From positions 61,695 through 125,694 of the forward strand of contig JACKOF010000002.1 in assembly GCA_024234435.1 (NCBI GenBank): 64,000 nt of DNA, in the 5' to 3' direction. This document shows positions 54,383 through 63,573 of this stretch, piece after piece. The notes below the pieces were generated by a model. The model saw only the letters and a program-made list of their open reading frames with translations. It made no database searches and was not told the DNA's origin. Every line of letters begins with the position of its first letter. Position 1 is the first letter of the stretch. Source of the DNA: Pseudomonadales bacterium (GTDB lineage: Bacteria; Pseudomonadota; Gammaproteobacteria; Pseudomonadales; Porticoccaceae). The position numbers and the translations under genes were made by a program.

Positions 54383-57154
54383 CTAATTAAGCGTCCACCT
54401 CTCCCAAAGTGGCTGGGGCAACGAATCAATATAATCATTCATTTTTTCTACAACGCTCGCATCAGGATTCTCTTTTTTATCGCAGGAATTCGAACCCAAA
54501 GGCACAAACCTGTTGGTGTTGTCGTAACGATGCTTGCCGTTTGTCGACATTCCACGAGGAGAGTGATTGCGAAACATGAAAGGTTTGCTAACACCGTTAT
54601 CCAGGCAATTTCCGCTGACATAAATACGTTGCCGCTCTTGCCACCCTTCTGGAATTTCAGGTGCCTGTCGTCTGAAACCAAAACTGGAGTCTCTAACCGA
54701 GGGGTAGGTGCCATCCGACATTAAGGCAAATAATTTACCCGCCTTGGAACGCTCATCAGAAGTTTGAATAATCTGGCTATTGACGACATAAGAATTCAAA
54801 GGTTTGGGGTTTTCCCAAAAGCTCGCATTCCAGCCCGGCGACTCCTGATAGAACTTGCCTTCAAACCACTGCGGGCCATGATAAGGTTGTTGCGGACTGG
54901 GACCAGAGTACATTCTCGGCATGTCACAGCCCGCGCCCAACGCATCCCTGAACTGCCATTGAATCGACTGGGGGTTGCTGTTGCCCCACGCCACATGATT
55001 GACAACCGTAACGCCATCCACCACTGCACGGTTACAGGACGCCATGGAAATGGGCGCTAACCCGCCTTTACCAAAATGCTTTTTATCTGGATCAAAATAT
55101 TCCGGATCGTCTATTACTTCGCCGTGAACACCCTGATTACTGTGTATGCTGTTGCGCACAACCACATTCTGGCCGGTATATTTCGCCGCATGTTTGCCCG
55201 GCAACCACGGCCCCATGATGATGCTGTCTTCTACCCAGTTAAGATAGGTGCGATCCATATACACTGTGTGGCTGTTGCGAGCCCGGGCCATCACACCTTT
55301 CATATAGATTCGATTATCCGCTTTGTGGGTGGCATCCTGCTTTTCCACTCCAGCCATTAACAGGCGCCCCCGACATTTGGCGGTAATTCCCATCATTGTC
55401 AGGGTAGTAGACTCTGCATAAGCAGGCAGTTGCACACACAATCCGGAGCTGTGAAAGCGCAGATTCAATAGCGTTAATGTTGCATCATCTGCTTTCGTGC
55501 CCCAGTTAAAGTAGGTTGCGGGACCCGGCTTGCCATCCTTAATCAGAACCGGGCGACGCGTTGTGGAATCGTAAGCGCCGATCACCACGAGGCTTTCCTG
55601 ATGTCCACCCACATAAGGCTGAAAGGTATTGGGCACAACCAAATCCTCAGCAATCACACCAACAACTTTTTTATAGACGGCAAGCTTTTTAAAGTCCTGT
55701 GCCGTCACTACGTCACGACAACTATGCCCTGGAAATTGCTGAAGATTGAGATTGCTACAATTTTTGACTGGCTGATTATTTGTTGAGAAGTTAGAGGTAT
55801 CAACCGCCTCCATATAACAGTTGTTTTCACCATCGCCAATCGGGTCGTTGGGTAAGGCAGCATAGCCTGTCACCCTTTTAAACCCTGCCCCACCATTCCG
55901 TTCTTTAGGACACCATACATGCCCAAAACGAATCGGCCAATCAGGATGGTGGGTTACTCCTGAAGCAGTATCCTGCTTTTTCACTGAAGTTATTTGTGGA
56001 GTCGGTGTCACAAGAGACGTGTTTTTTTCAGGCAAAACTATTGCTGTTTCAGGTTTTGCTGCCGCAATATTACCGGGCATTTTCAAAAAATGGACATTGT
56101 TTTTAATATCATTAACAAAAACAAACCCATTGTATTTTTCGCTATACCGAAACCGGCCATATATGCCATGTTTATTAGCTGCTGGTGCCAGGCCTTTGGT
56201 TTCAATGACGCTTACTTGCCAGGTTTCCGGATGGATAAAATACAGCAGGTTGCCGCCTGACCAGGCAACATACCGATCAATGGCTTTGACAAAGGCAAGG
56301 CCCGGCGAGTTTGCTGCCGCAATTTTGCTGTCAGCGAGAGACGAAATGACGGTTCTTTCATAATTTTCCAGACTGTAAACCAACGCTCTTTTCTGCCCCA
56401 GTAACAGAAAATTACGTCGCCCGGCATCAATAGCGGCTGTCAGGTTTGATCGGCCCAGATCACCAAACCGGGTATTGAGGGCAGCCCAGCGATCTGTATC
56501 GGGGTTATAGGTGTAAAACGGTCCCCTGCGCGACTCGAAAACATTGCCTGTTTTTTCATCGTAGGCCATGGAATAGCCCAGCTTCCAGGTTCCCTTGCCA
56601 CCTTGAAATTCCCAGCTGCCGTCTTCCGGATTGCCCACCCACCAGCGGTTGTCTGCGGAACCTGCCCCGTTACAGAGCGAACCGCCATGCACCAGAAATT
56701 CATCACTTGACGCAATATAAGCAAGCCCATTGTAGGTATGTCGAGAGGCGGGATTGCCATCTGGCGTTTTACCGGACTGGTCATCGTAACCGACAAGATC
56801 CGAAGGCCCACTCAACAGATGCCAGCCGAGCTCATCCAGGTCAAACGCCAGCCACTCATTGCCGCAATAATCGGCATGCCCACCGCCAAAAATCATCAAC
56901 CGGTTACGCTTGCTGTCAAAATCACCACCACTCCAGGCACCAACAATAGCTCCGGGACCCACAATGCCATGTACCGGTTGCTTAAACGATTCCTCTGGCA
57001 ACACCTCCACCAGGCGGCTGTTGGGAATTTGTAACCATTGGCCGGGCGTTGCATCGACAAGGAGATGACCGGCATTAGCATTGAACGAAGGTAAAACTGC
57101 CACGCATGCAGCAATAAAATACAAACTTAACTGTGACGAAATTCTACCCAGCAT
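54383..57154 (-). CDS. Large secreted protein: N-terminal Kelch-type beta-propeller-like domain plus C-terminal parallel beta-helix-like domain (probable polysaccharide-active enzyme)
   Basis: ATG at 57154 with GAGGGAG upstream gives signal peptide MLGRISSQLSLYFIAACVAVLPSFNANA. Repeated Kelch-like strands (RHTYNGLAYIASSDEFLVHGG and others). The track start 57301 overlaps wzx. Confidence 0.55.
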   Translation of the reverse strand: MLGRISSQLSLYFIAACVAVLPSFNANAGHLLVDATPGQWLQIPNSRLVEVLPEESFKQPVHGIVGPGAIVGAWSGGDFDSKRNRLMIFGGGHADYCGNEWLAFDLDELGWHLLSGPSDLVGYDDQSGKTPDGNPASRHTYNGLAYIASSDEFLVHGGSLCNGAGSADNRWWVGNPEDGSWEFQGGKGTWKLGYSMAYDEKTGNVFESRRGPFYTYNPDTDRWAALNTRFGDLGRSNLTAAIDAGRRNFLLLGQKRALVYSLENYERTVISSLADSKIAAANSPGLAFVKAIDRYVAWSGGNLLYFIHPETWQVSVIETKGLAPAANKHGIYGRFRYSEKYNGFVFVNDIKNNVHFLKMPGNIAAAKPETAIVLPEKNTSLVTPTPQITSVKKQDTASGVTHHPDWPIRFGHVWCPKERNGGAGFKRVTGYAALPNDPIGDGENNCYMEAVDTSNFSTNNQPVKNCSNLNLQQFPGHSCRDVVTAQDFKKLAVYKKVVGVIAEDLVVPNTFQPYVGGHQESLVVIGAYDSTTRRPVLIKDGKPGPATYFNWGTKADDATLTLLNLRFHSSGLCVQLPAYAESTTLTMMGITAKCRGRLLMAGVEKQDATHKADNRIYMKGVMARARNSHTVYMDRTYLNWVEDSIIMGPWLPGKHAAKYTGQNVVVRNSIHSNQGVHGEVIDDPEYFDPDKKHFGKGGLAPISMASCNRAVVDGVTVVNHVAWGNSNPQSIQWQFRDALGAGCDMPRMYSGPSPQQPYHGPQWFEGKFYQESPGWNASFWENPKPLNSYVVNSQIIQTSDERSKAGKLFALMSDGTYPSVRDSSFGFRRQAPEIPEGWQERQRIYVSGNCLDNGVSKPFMFRNHSPRGMSTNGKHRYDNTNRFVPLGSNSCDKKENPDASVVEKMNDYIDSLPQPLWERWTLN

Positions 57155-57179
57155 TACAACTCCCTCTGAGAATAGACCA

Positions 57180-58658
57180 TTACCCTTTGACGAGTTTAGC
57201 TGCAATACTGAAAATGATCTGTTCGGATGAATCGGGTCGACCACTGAACAGCCATAACAGATAGAGGCTGGCCACATAACTGAACACCCCTGCTGCTGCA
57301 TGAAGAAACAGACTCAGAAAAACATTTATCTGCAAATCAGTTAGCAGCAACATATCCAGATAATACATACCAGCCGCTGCCAACAACGGTCGCCATAGGG
57401 TGGAAAACAACCTGGCTGTACTACACTCAAGCGTATAGGCCACCAACCAGTACATCACTGGCAGAAAAGCGACAGAAACCAGCAGTTTGGCCCGCGCAAC
57501 ATCAACCGGGTCCATACTCTTACCGACCCAAACCAGAACCGGAATCAGGACGGCAGTTTCTGCCAGTATTTTGATTGCCGTCAGGTTCACCCGATTTCTG
57601 ACCATCAGAACCAGGCTCAAGCTCATGGAAATCCCCGCAACGGCACCAATAAGCGCAGTCCACTGCAGTATCGGCACAGTGTTCAGCCAGTTTTGGCCAA
57701 ACAGGACTCGTACAATATCGCCTGCAACAATGCTCAACCCAACGCCTACAGGCAAACAAAGTAAAGTCACTACTCCCAGTATTTTTATGCCGCTTTCAGC
57801 GAACCGTTGACTGTCATCCTGCAACAGGGAAAGGTTCGGAAACAGTGCCCGACGAATAGGCATGACTATTTCCTGTACAAACATGGTTCCCACTTCAGCA
57901 GCAAGGTAATAATAACCCAGTGACGTCGTCCCCAGGCTGCCACCAACGATAAACTGACTTGCTTTACCATTAATCACTCCACCAACACTGGAAACCAGCA
58001 ACCATTGAGAAAACCCCCAGATTTGCTTCATCCCGTCAGTTGAAAATTTTGGCCTGAAGGGGTGCATGGTATAACTCAATATAAGCTCAAATATGCTTTT
58101 AAATACCATACCCAAAACAATGGCACGGTAATCTCTCAATAGCAGCGCACCGGCAACTGTAACCACAAAACTCAGCAGTTTGACGTAGAGTGAAAAGCGA
58201 AATTCTCTAGCAAAATCAAGCTCTTTGCGAAAGGCAACGATACCAATATTTTTAAACCCCTGAAAGAAGTAGGCACCAGCGAGAATCGTCAAGATGGTGT
58301 ACAGCTTCGACTCACCAAAATAATCGGCAATAAATGGCATCGCGCAGAGCATGACCACAGCAACAATAGCACCCTGGATAACCTGAATGGTCCAGGCCGC
58401 GTTATAGAGTTTTCTCTCGGTATCCCGCTCCCGAATGAGTGCCAGATCAACGCCGGTTGACGACAGGGTATCAATAAGTGCCACCACCATCATCGCCATC
58501 GCCACCAGCCCGAAATCTTCCGGCGCCAATAATCGGGCAAGAATAATACTGCTGAAAAATCCGACAAAGCGCATTGCCCAGCGCATGGCAACCATCCAGA
58601 TGGTTCCGGCTACAAAACGCGTGTTTGGTGCAGTTGTGTCGCTTTGTGGTGATGTCAC
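57180..58658 (-). CDS. wzx: Wzx-type oligosaccharide/polysaccharide flippase (MOP superfamily)
   Basis: About 12-14 TM segments. N-terminal block FFSSIILARLLAPEDFGLVAMAMMVVALIDTLSSTGVDLALIR is typical of the Polysacc_synt family. Confidence 0.8.
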   Translation of the reverse strand: MTSPQSDTTAPNTRFVAGTIWMVAMRWAMRFVGFFSSIILARLLAPEDFGLVAMAMMVVALIDTLSSTGVDLALIRERDTERKLYNAAWTIQVIQGAIVAVVMLCAMPFIADYFGESKLYTILTILAGAYFFQGFKNIGIVAFRKELDFAREFRFSLYVKLLSFVVTVAGALLLRDYRAIVLGMVFKSIFELILSYTMHPFRPKFSTDGMKQIWGFSQWLLVSSVGGVINGKASQFIVGGSLGTTSLGYYYLAAEVGTMFVQEIVMPIRRALFPNLSLLQDDSQRFAESGIKILGVVTLLCLPVGVGLSIVAGDIVRVLFGQNWLNTVPILQWTALIGAVAGISMSLSLVLMVRNRVNLTAIKILAETAVLIPVLVWVGKSMDPVDVARAKLLVSVAFLPVMYWLVAYTLECSTARLFSTLWRPLLAAAGMYYLDMLLLTDLQINVFLSLFLHAAAGVFSYVASLYLLWLFSGRPDSSEQIIFSIAAKLVKG

Positions 58659-58778
58659 TGGAAAGTTGTCCTTATCGCTTTATTTTGCCTTGCAAATTCT
58701 GTCTTATACCATATTCTATGCGCTGCCGCCCCGATAACGGGAAAATTTGCCAGAGGGTGATGTTGCACATCGAGAATC

Positions 58779-60632
58779 ATGACAAATCTGACTAACACCA
58801 GACTATTAAAGTCGCACTACTTTGCGGGCTGGTCCGCTAGCGACCCTATCAGACACACGCCTGAAAACGTTATTCTGGCAATGCAGAACACTGAAAACAG
58901 CTCACTGCCAACAGAAACTATCGCCGCCAACACTTACGGGTGTATCACTACCGGGCATTTATTCAGCCCGGACAACACCGTGACTGCGGCGATTACCGGT
59001 AATCCTCGCTGGCCATCGCATTCACTGCAACAGTTAGCGTCGGATAAAAATAACGCTCACGCACTTGCTGCCGCTTACCGGCAGCATGGTCCTGAATTGT
59101 TCGAGCAACTGCAAGGTGATTTTTCATTAATTATTATTGATAGCAGTAATGATTTGTTTCTATCGGCAACGGACCGTATGGGGCAACACCCCGTTTATTA
59201 CGCCACTCTCAATAACGGTGTGGTGTTCGGCTCATCAGTGTCTGCCGTTCTGGCTCATCCGGATGTCAAACGGGAAATCCAGCCCCAAGGTATCTACGAT
59301 TACGTTTACTTTCATATGGTACCCAGCCCCCACTCCATTTTTGCGGGCGTAAACAAACTCCCCGCTGGCCATTTGCTCCAGTATCAAAATGGGCGGGCGG
59401 AAGTTAAAAACTATTGGCAACCCGATTTTAAAGAGAGCTGCTCTACCAGCTTCCCGGATATGGCTAAACAGCTAAAGACCGAGTTAAAAAATGCCGTCGC
59501 CCGCAATATAAGAAGCGGCGCATCTGTTGGCGCGTTTCTCAGCGGAGGACTCGACAGTTCAAGCGTCACGGGCATGCTTGCTGAAGCCTGCGAGCGAGAA
59601 GCACACGCCTATTCCATTGGTTTTTCAGCCAAGGGCTATGACGAAATGGAATACGCGCGCATTACAGCCAAACATTTTGGCGTAAAACTTCACGAATATT
59701 ATGTGACACCGAAGGATGTAGTAGATGCACTACCGCTGGTCGCATCCAGTTACGACGAACCCTTTGGCAACTCATCTGCCCTGCCCGCTTATTTCTGTGC
59801 CAAAGTCGCTGCCGAAAACGGTGTACAACAATTGCTGGCAGGTGATGGTGGTGACGAAATTTTTGCAGGTAACGAGCGTTACATTAAACAGGGCATTTTC
59901 GAAAATTATGGGAAAATCCCTCTTGCTTTGAGGCGTGGGCTTATAGAGCCTGTCACCCGAAAACTGCCACAGGGGTTCCCGCTGGCCAGCAAAGCCAACA
60001 GTTATCTTGACCAGGCAAACACGCCCCTGCCCGACCGCTTGCAAAGCTACAATTTTTTGCACCGGCATCAACCGAATGAAATATTTACTGACGACTTCCT
60101 GAGACAGGTAGATGTGTCGGCTCCGATAGCCCTGCAAAGGCATACTTACCAGCTGCCGGAAAAAGCCGAAACTCTTAACCGGATGCTCTACCTGGACTGG
60201 CAATACACCCTGGCCGACAACGACCTGCGCAAAGTCAGCCATATGTGTGCCCTGGCCGGTATCGATGTCAGTTACCCCATGCTTGATGACAATCTGATCG
60301 CTTTTTCCTGCTCAATTCCCAGCGCCTGGAAAATCAAGGGTAAGGACTTGCGCCATTTCTACAAACAGGCGCTAACCGGCTGGCTACCCAACGAAACCAT
60401 TCACAAGAAGAAGCAGGGTTTCGGGCTGCCTTTCGGAGTCTGGATGGAAACACATAAACCGCTGCAGGAAATGGCTTACGACAGCCTGTTGCGACTAAAA
60501 CGCAGGGGTTATTTGAGGCCGGAGTTCATTGACCACGCCATTGAGCTGCACCGCAATCATCACGCAGCATACTACGGCGAGTTAGTCTGGATTTTGACCG
60601 TGCTGGAACTCTGGATGGACAAACATGTTTAA
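58779..60632 (+). CDS. Asparagine synthetase B-family amidotransferase lacking the canonical N-terminal Met-Cys
   Basis: PP-loop AFLSGGLDSS. AsnB C-terminal blocks (LAGDGGDEIFAGNERY, KKKQGFGLPF). The glutaminase-domain region is present, but the N-terminus is MTNLTNTR... Confidence 0.85.
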   Translation: MTNLTNTRLLKSHYFAGWSASDPIRHTPENVILAMQNTENSSLPTETIAANTYGCITTGHLFSPDNTVTAAITGNPRWPSHSLQQLASDKNNAHALAAAYRQHGPELFEQLQGDFSLIIIDSSNDLFLSATDRMGQHPVYYATLNNGVVFGSSVSAVLAHPDVKREIQPQGIYDYVYFHMVPSPHSIFAGVNKLPAGHLLQYQNGRAEVKNYWQPDFKESCSTSFPDMAKQLKTELKNAVARNIRSGASVGAFLSGGLDSSSVTGMLAEACEREAHAYSIGFSAKGYDEMEYARITAKHFGVKLHEYYVTPKDVVDALPLVASSYDEPFGNSSALPAYFCAKVAAENGVQQLLAGDGGDEIFAGNERYIKQGIFENYGKIPLALRRGLIEPVTRKLPQGFPLASKANSYLDQANTPLPDRLQSYNFLHRHQPNEIFTDDFLRQVDVSAPIALQRHTYQLPEKAETLNRMLYLDWQYTLADNDLRKVSHMCALAGIDVSYPMLDDNLIAFSCSIPSAWKIKGKDLRHFYKQALTGWLPNETIHKKKQGFGLPFGVWMETHKPLQEMAYDSLLRLKRRGYLRPEFIDHAIELHRNHHAAYYGELVWILTVLELWMDKHV

Positions 60633-60699
60633 GGGTCACTAACGTTTTATTACACGGAGAAAACAGCACTGGCGTACACGGTATCGTTCGCAACATATT

Positions 60700-60770
60700 G
60701 GATTACTTCCTCGCTTCTTCTCACAATGCCGGAACGCTGGCTGTCATTGCGCGCAGTAGCACAGCAATCC
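60700..60770. repeat. 71-bp imperfect-palindromic repeat element, diverged copy D
   Basis: Sequence runs GGATTACTTC...GTCATTGCGCGCAGTAGCACAGCAATCC. Same length and termini as copies A-C. Located in a convergent intergenic region. Confidence 0.65.
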
Positions 60771-60825
60771 AATAAAATTGAATCCTGCTTAAACCAGCCC
60801 TTATGCAGCCATAATACCTTTACCC

Positions 60826-61950
60826 TCATAAAACTTTTTCACCAAATACCATATCTGTTCCACAATTTTCTGAAAAAATGGAATCCAGCATCAAATCACC
60901 GAGCTCTTTTCTGTAGTGCGCAGGCTCCCAGAACCACTTTAATGCAACGCCTTTCTCGCCCTGCGCTGGTAGAGGTTCATGAATATAAGGCGAATCAGCA
61001 GAAAAATTCCACAGCGTAACCCGGCTGCTTTGTATACCCTCAACAATGCCAGTGATTTCCCCCAACCAGTCGGGGTAGAGATCCAACAACCTGTTTTTCT
61101 CAAGAAGATTCCAGAACCTTTCGTGCAGCGGATTAATAAAAAGTACAACTTCGATATCCCGACTGCTCAAAACGGATAAGAATGCCTTCAAGTGCTCAAA
61201 ATCCTCTGACCTCTGGCCATTTTCATAATAAAGGCTCCAGCGCCTTTGATATTTCTCCTGCAACAACTGCTCTTTCTGAAGAAACAGTGCTCGCACACCT
61301 TCAATTCTGGTGCTGCTGGCAAAGTCGTAAGCCGGGTTAAAACCGGCTTCGGTTCTGTCCGTTGCCGGACTTCCCTGCGCGACCACCGTTTTTATTGAAC
61401 TGACCAGAGCGTTCAAGGAAAAGAAGGCGGAATAATAGTCTTTCAGCTGACTCAGACGATACGCACTGTTGATATCGCCGTTAGCCTGATACTGGAGGTT
61501 TGCCACTGGCGATATCCCGCTATTCAACGGAGCGCTGGAACCTTCGGCAACCAGAAAATCCGGAAAGTCCAGACTCATTAAGACCCTGTTAACCGGCTTT
61601 TGATACACCAGATTCAGTGCCGCTGCGGACTGGTACCCAATGCTCGCGCCCGGTATTCCGAGATTATAGGCTTTCCGCCCCCCCGCAGAGAGACAGGCAT
61701 GGTGGGGGTCAACTCCCATCTCGACACGTGAATTGCCAACAATCAGTGTCTGAAAGTCAGCCCTTAACGGCTGATAGGCTTTTGCCAATCTGACCCGGCT
61801 ATTGATGTGAACTTTATAATGATTAAACCCCTCGATGCGTTTTGCACCGGAAACAGCATAAGGGTCAACAAAATAATTGAACACAAAAACCAGACAGCTC
61901 GCAAAAACCAGTGTGAGCAGAAAAGTAACTGTGTATTTTTTTGTTGTCAT
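60826..61950 (-). CDS. Membrane-anchored accessory protein of the MBOAT acyltransferase (DltD/AlgJ-like role inferred)
   Basis: N-terminal TM anchor. IVGNSRVEMG block resembles the SGNH/DltD block I. Lies 9 nt downstream of the MBOAT gene on the same strand. Confidence 0.45.
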   Translation of the reverse strand: MTTKKYTVTFLLTLVFASCLVFVFNYFVDPYAVSGAKRIEGFNHYKVHINSRVRLAKAYQPLRADFQTLIVGNSRVEMGVDPHHACLSAGGRKAYNLGIPGASIGYQSAAALNLVYQKPVNRVLMSLDFPDFLVAEGSSAPLNSGISPVANLQYQANGDINSAYRLSQLKDYYSAFFSLNALVSSIKTVVAQGSPATDRTEAGFNPAYDFASSTRIEGVRALFLQKEQLLQEKYQRRWSLYYENGQRSEDFEHLKAFLSVLSSRDIEVVLFINPLHERFWNLLEKNRLLDLYPDWLGEITGIVEGIQSSRVTLWNFSADSPYIHEPLPAQGEKGVALKWFWEPAHYRKELGDLMLDSIFSENCGTDMVFGEKVL

Positions 61951-61959
61951 CGGCCTGCA

Positions 61960-63519
61960 TCAAAATTGGAAGTAAAGAAACTCGGAAACCTGGCTAAGTG
62001 TTAACACACCAAACAGAAACATCAGCGCAGTCACGACAGCCCACTTGCCCGAAAGGGTCCACTCACAGACACCTTTGGATTTTCTGAAGCCTTTAAAAGC
62101 CGCATCGTTTTCATATAAAACAGGTTCCGCTCTGTGAAAAATCTGTGCCAGATTAGGGGCAAAAAAGGCCAACAGCGCCGCCGGAACAATCCACGCAAAA
62201 TTCTCAACAAACCGTGAACCGCTGGTATAACTGACCCCTACGCCCGCCTGTTGCAACAGCTCGCCAACGTCGCCGAGCCTGGCAACGATCCCGGCCGGAA
62301 TTTGCACACCATTGGCACCGGACATTGCCAGCAAAATCGAATTGGCCTGCTCCAGCGTTGGAGCGCGAAAGAATACCCACGACACAACTACTGCCAGAAA
62401 AGTCAGCAGCCAGCAACTGGCGTTATAGACAGACGACTCACGCCAGTCGAGCCGCGCTACTGTCAGCAACTTGCTCCAGGCATGGTTAATCATCAGGTAC
62501 GTGCCATGCAGACAACCCCAGACAACAAAGGTCCAACCAGCACCGTGCCACAACCCGCCAAGCAGCATAGTCAAAAACAGATTGATATAGCGGCGTGATT
62601 TGCCTCGTCTATTGCCACCCAGGGAGATATAGAGATAATCACGCAAAAACCGCGACAGGGTAATATGCCAGCGCCGCCAAAAATCGACAATGCTGTTGGC
62701 TTTGTAGGGTGAGAAAAAATTAAGCGGCAGGGTTATGCCAAACATTCGCGCGCAACCAATAGCCATATCCGAATAGCCGGAGAAGTCAAAATAGAGCTGA
62801 AAGGTATACGCCAGTGTGCTGCCCCAGGCAGTAAAAAAATCCAGTTGCCCTGCTGCCGGACTGTCATATACCGGCCCCACATAAGCCGATAGACTGTCAG
62901 CCAGAACCGTTTTTTTGAACAGGCCAATACTGAAAATACTGATCCCTACGGCAATATTTTTTGTCCACGACGGCAACGCATCCCGACGCATGAACTGTGG
63001 CAGCATTTCGCTGTGATGAACAATTGGCCCGGCAATCAACTGGGGGAAAAAACAGACAAACAAAGAGTAGTGCAACAAATTATACTCTCGCGCCTTACCC
63101 TCCCATACATCCACCAGATATGAAATCTGTTGAAAGGTAAAAAATGAAATTGCCAGCGGCAAAAATATTTTTTCCAGTTGCAGACTGGTACTGAATACAG
63201 CGTTGATATTATCTACAAAAAAATTGGCATATTTGAAATAACCCAGCAATGCCAGATTAATCCCAACACCGCAAATCATTACCAGCTTTGAAGGCTGCCC
63301 CGAAAAACGCGAGATCAGTTTGCCAACGTAATAATTGAAAAAAATGGAAAAAAGAATAAGAAATAAATAGGCCGGATTCCAGTAACCATAGAAAAACAGA
63401 GAGGCCGACACCAGCACGGCAAAGCCGATCTCTGTTTTCCGCCTGCGCAGGCATAACACGTACAGCAGCAACGTGCAGGGAAGAAAAGCAAAAATAAACT
63501 CGAAAGAGTTAAAGAGCAT
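61960..63519 (-). CDS. MBOAT-family membrane O-acyltransferase (AlgI/DltB-like)
   Basis: Starts MLFNSFEFIFAFLP. Conserved blocks FWRRWHITLSRFLRDYLYISLGGNRRG and GGLWHGAGWTFVVWGCLHG. Confidence 0.9.
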   Translation of the reverse strand: MLFNSFEFIFAFLPCTLLLYVLCLRRRKTEIGFAVLVSASLFFYGYWNPAYLFLILFSIFFNYYVGKLISRFSGQPSKLVMICGVGINLALLGYFKYANFFVDNINAVFSTSLQLEKIFLPLAISFFTFQQISYLVDVWEGKAREYNLLHYSLFVCFFPQLIAGPIVHHSEMLPQFMRRDALPSWTKNIAVGISIFSIGLFKKTVLADSLSAYVGPVYDSPAAGQLDFFTAWGSTLAYTFQLYFDFSGYSDMAIGCARMFGITLPLNFFSPYKANSIVDFWRRWHITLSRFLRDYLYISLGGNRRGKSRRYINLFLTMLLGGLWHGAGWTFVVWGCLHGTYLMINHAWSKLLTVARLDWRESSVYNASCWLLTFLAVVVSWVFFRAPTLEQANSILLAMSGANGVQIPAGIVARLGDVGELLQQAGVGVSYTSGSRFVENFAWIVPAALLAFFAPNLAQIFHRAEPVLYENDAAFKGFRKSKGVCEWTLSGKWAVVTALMFLFGVLTLSQVSEFLYFQF

Positions 63520-63573
63520 CCATTACCTCTGGCCCAGATATTATCGCAAAGAATATTTTTTCAATAACATCAG

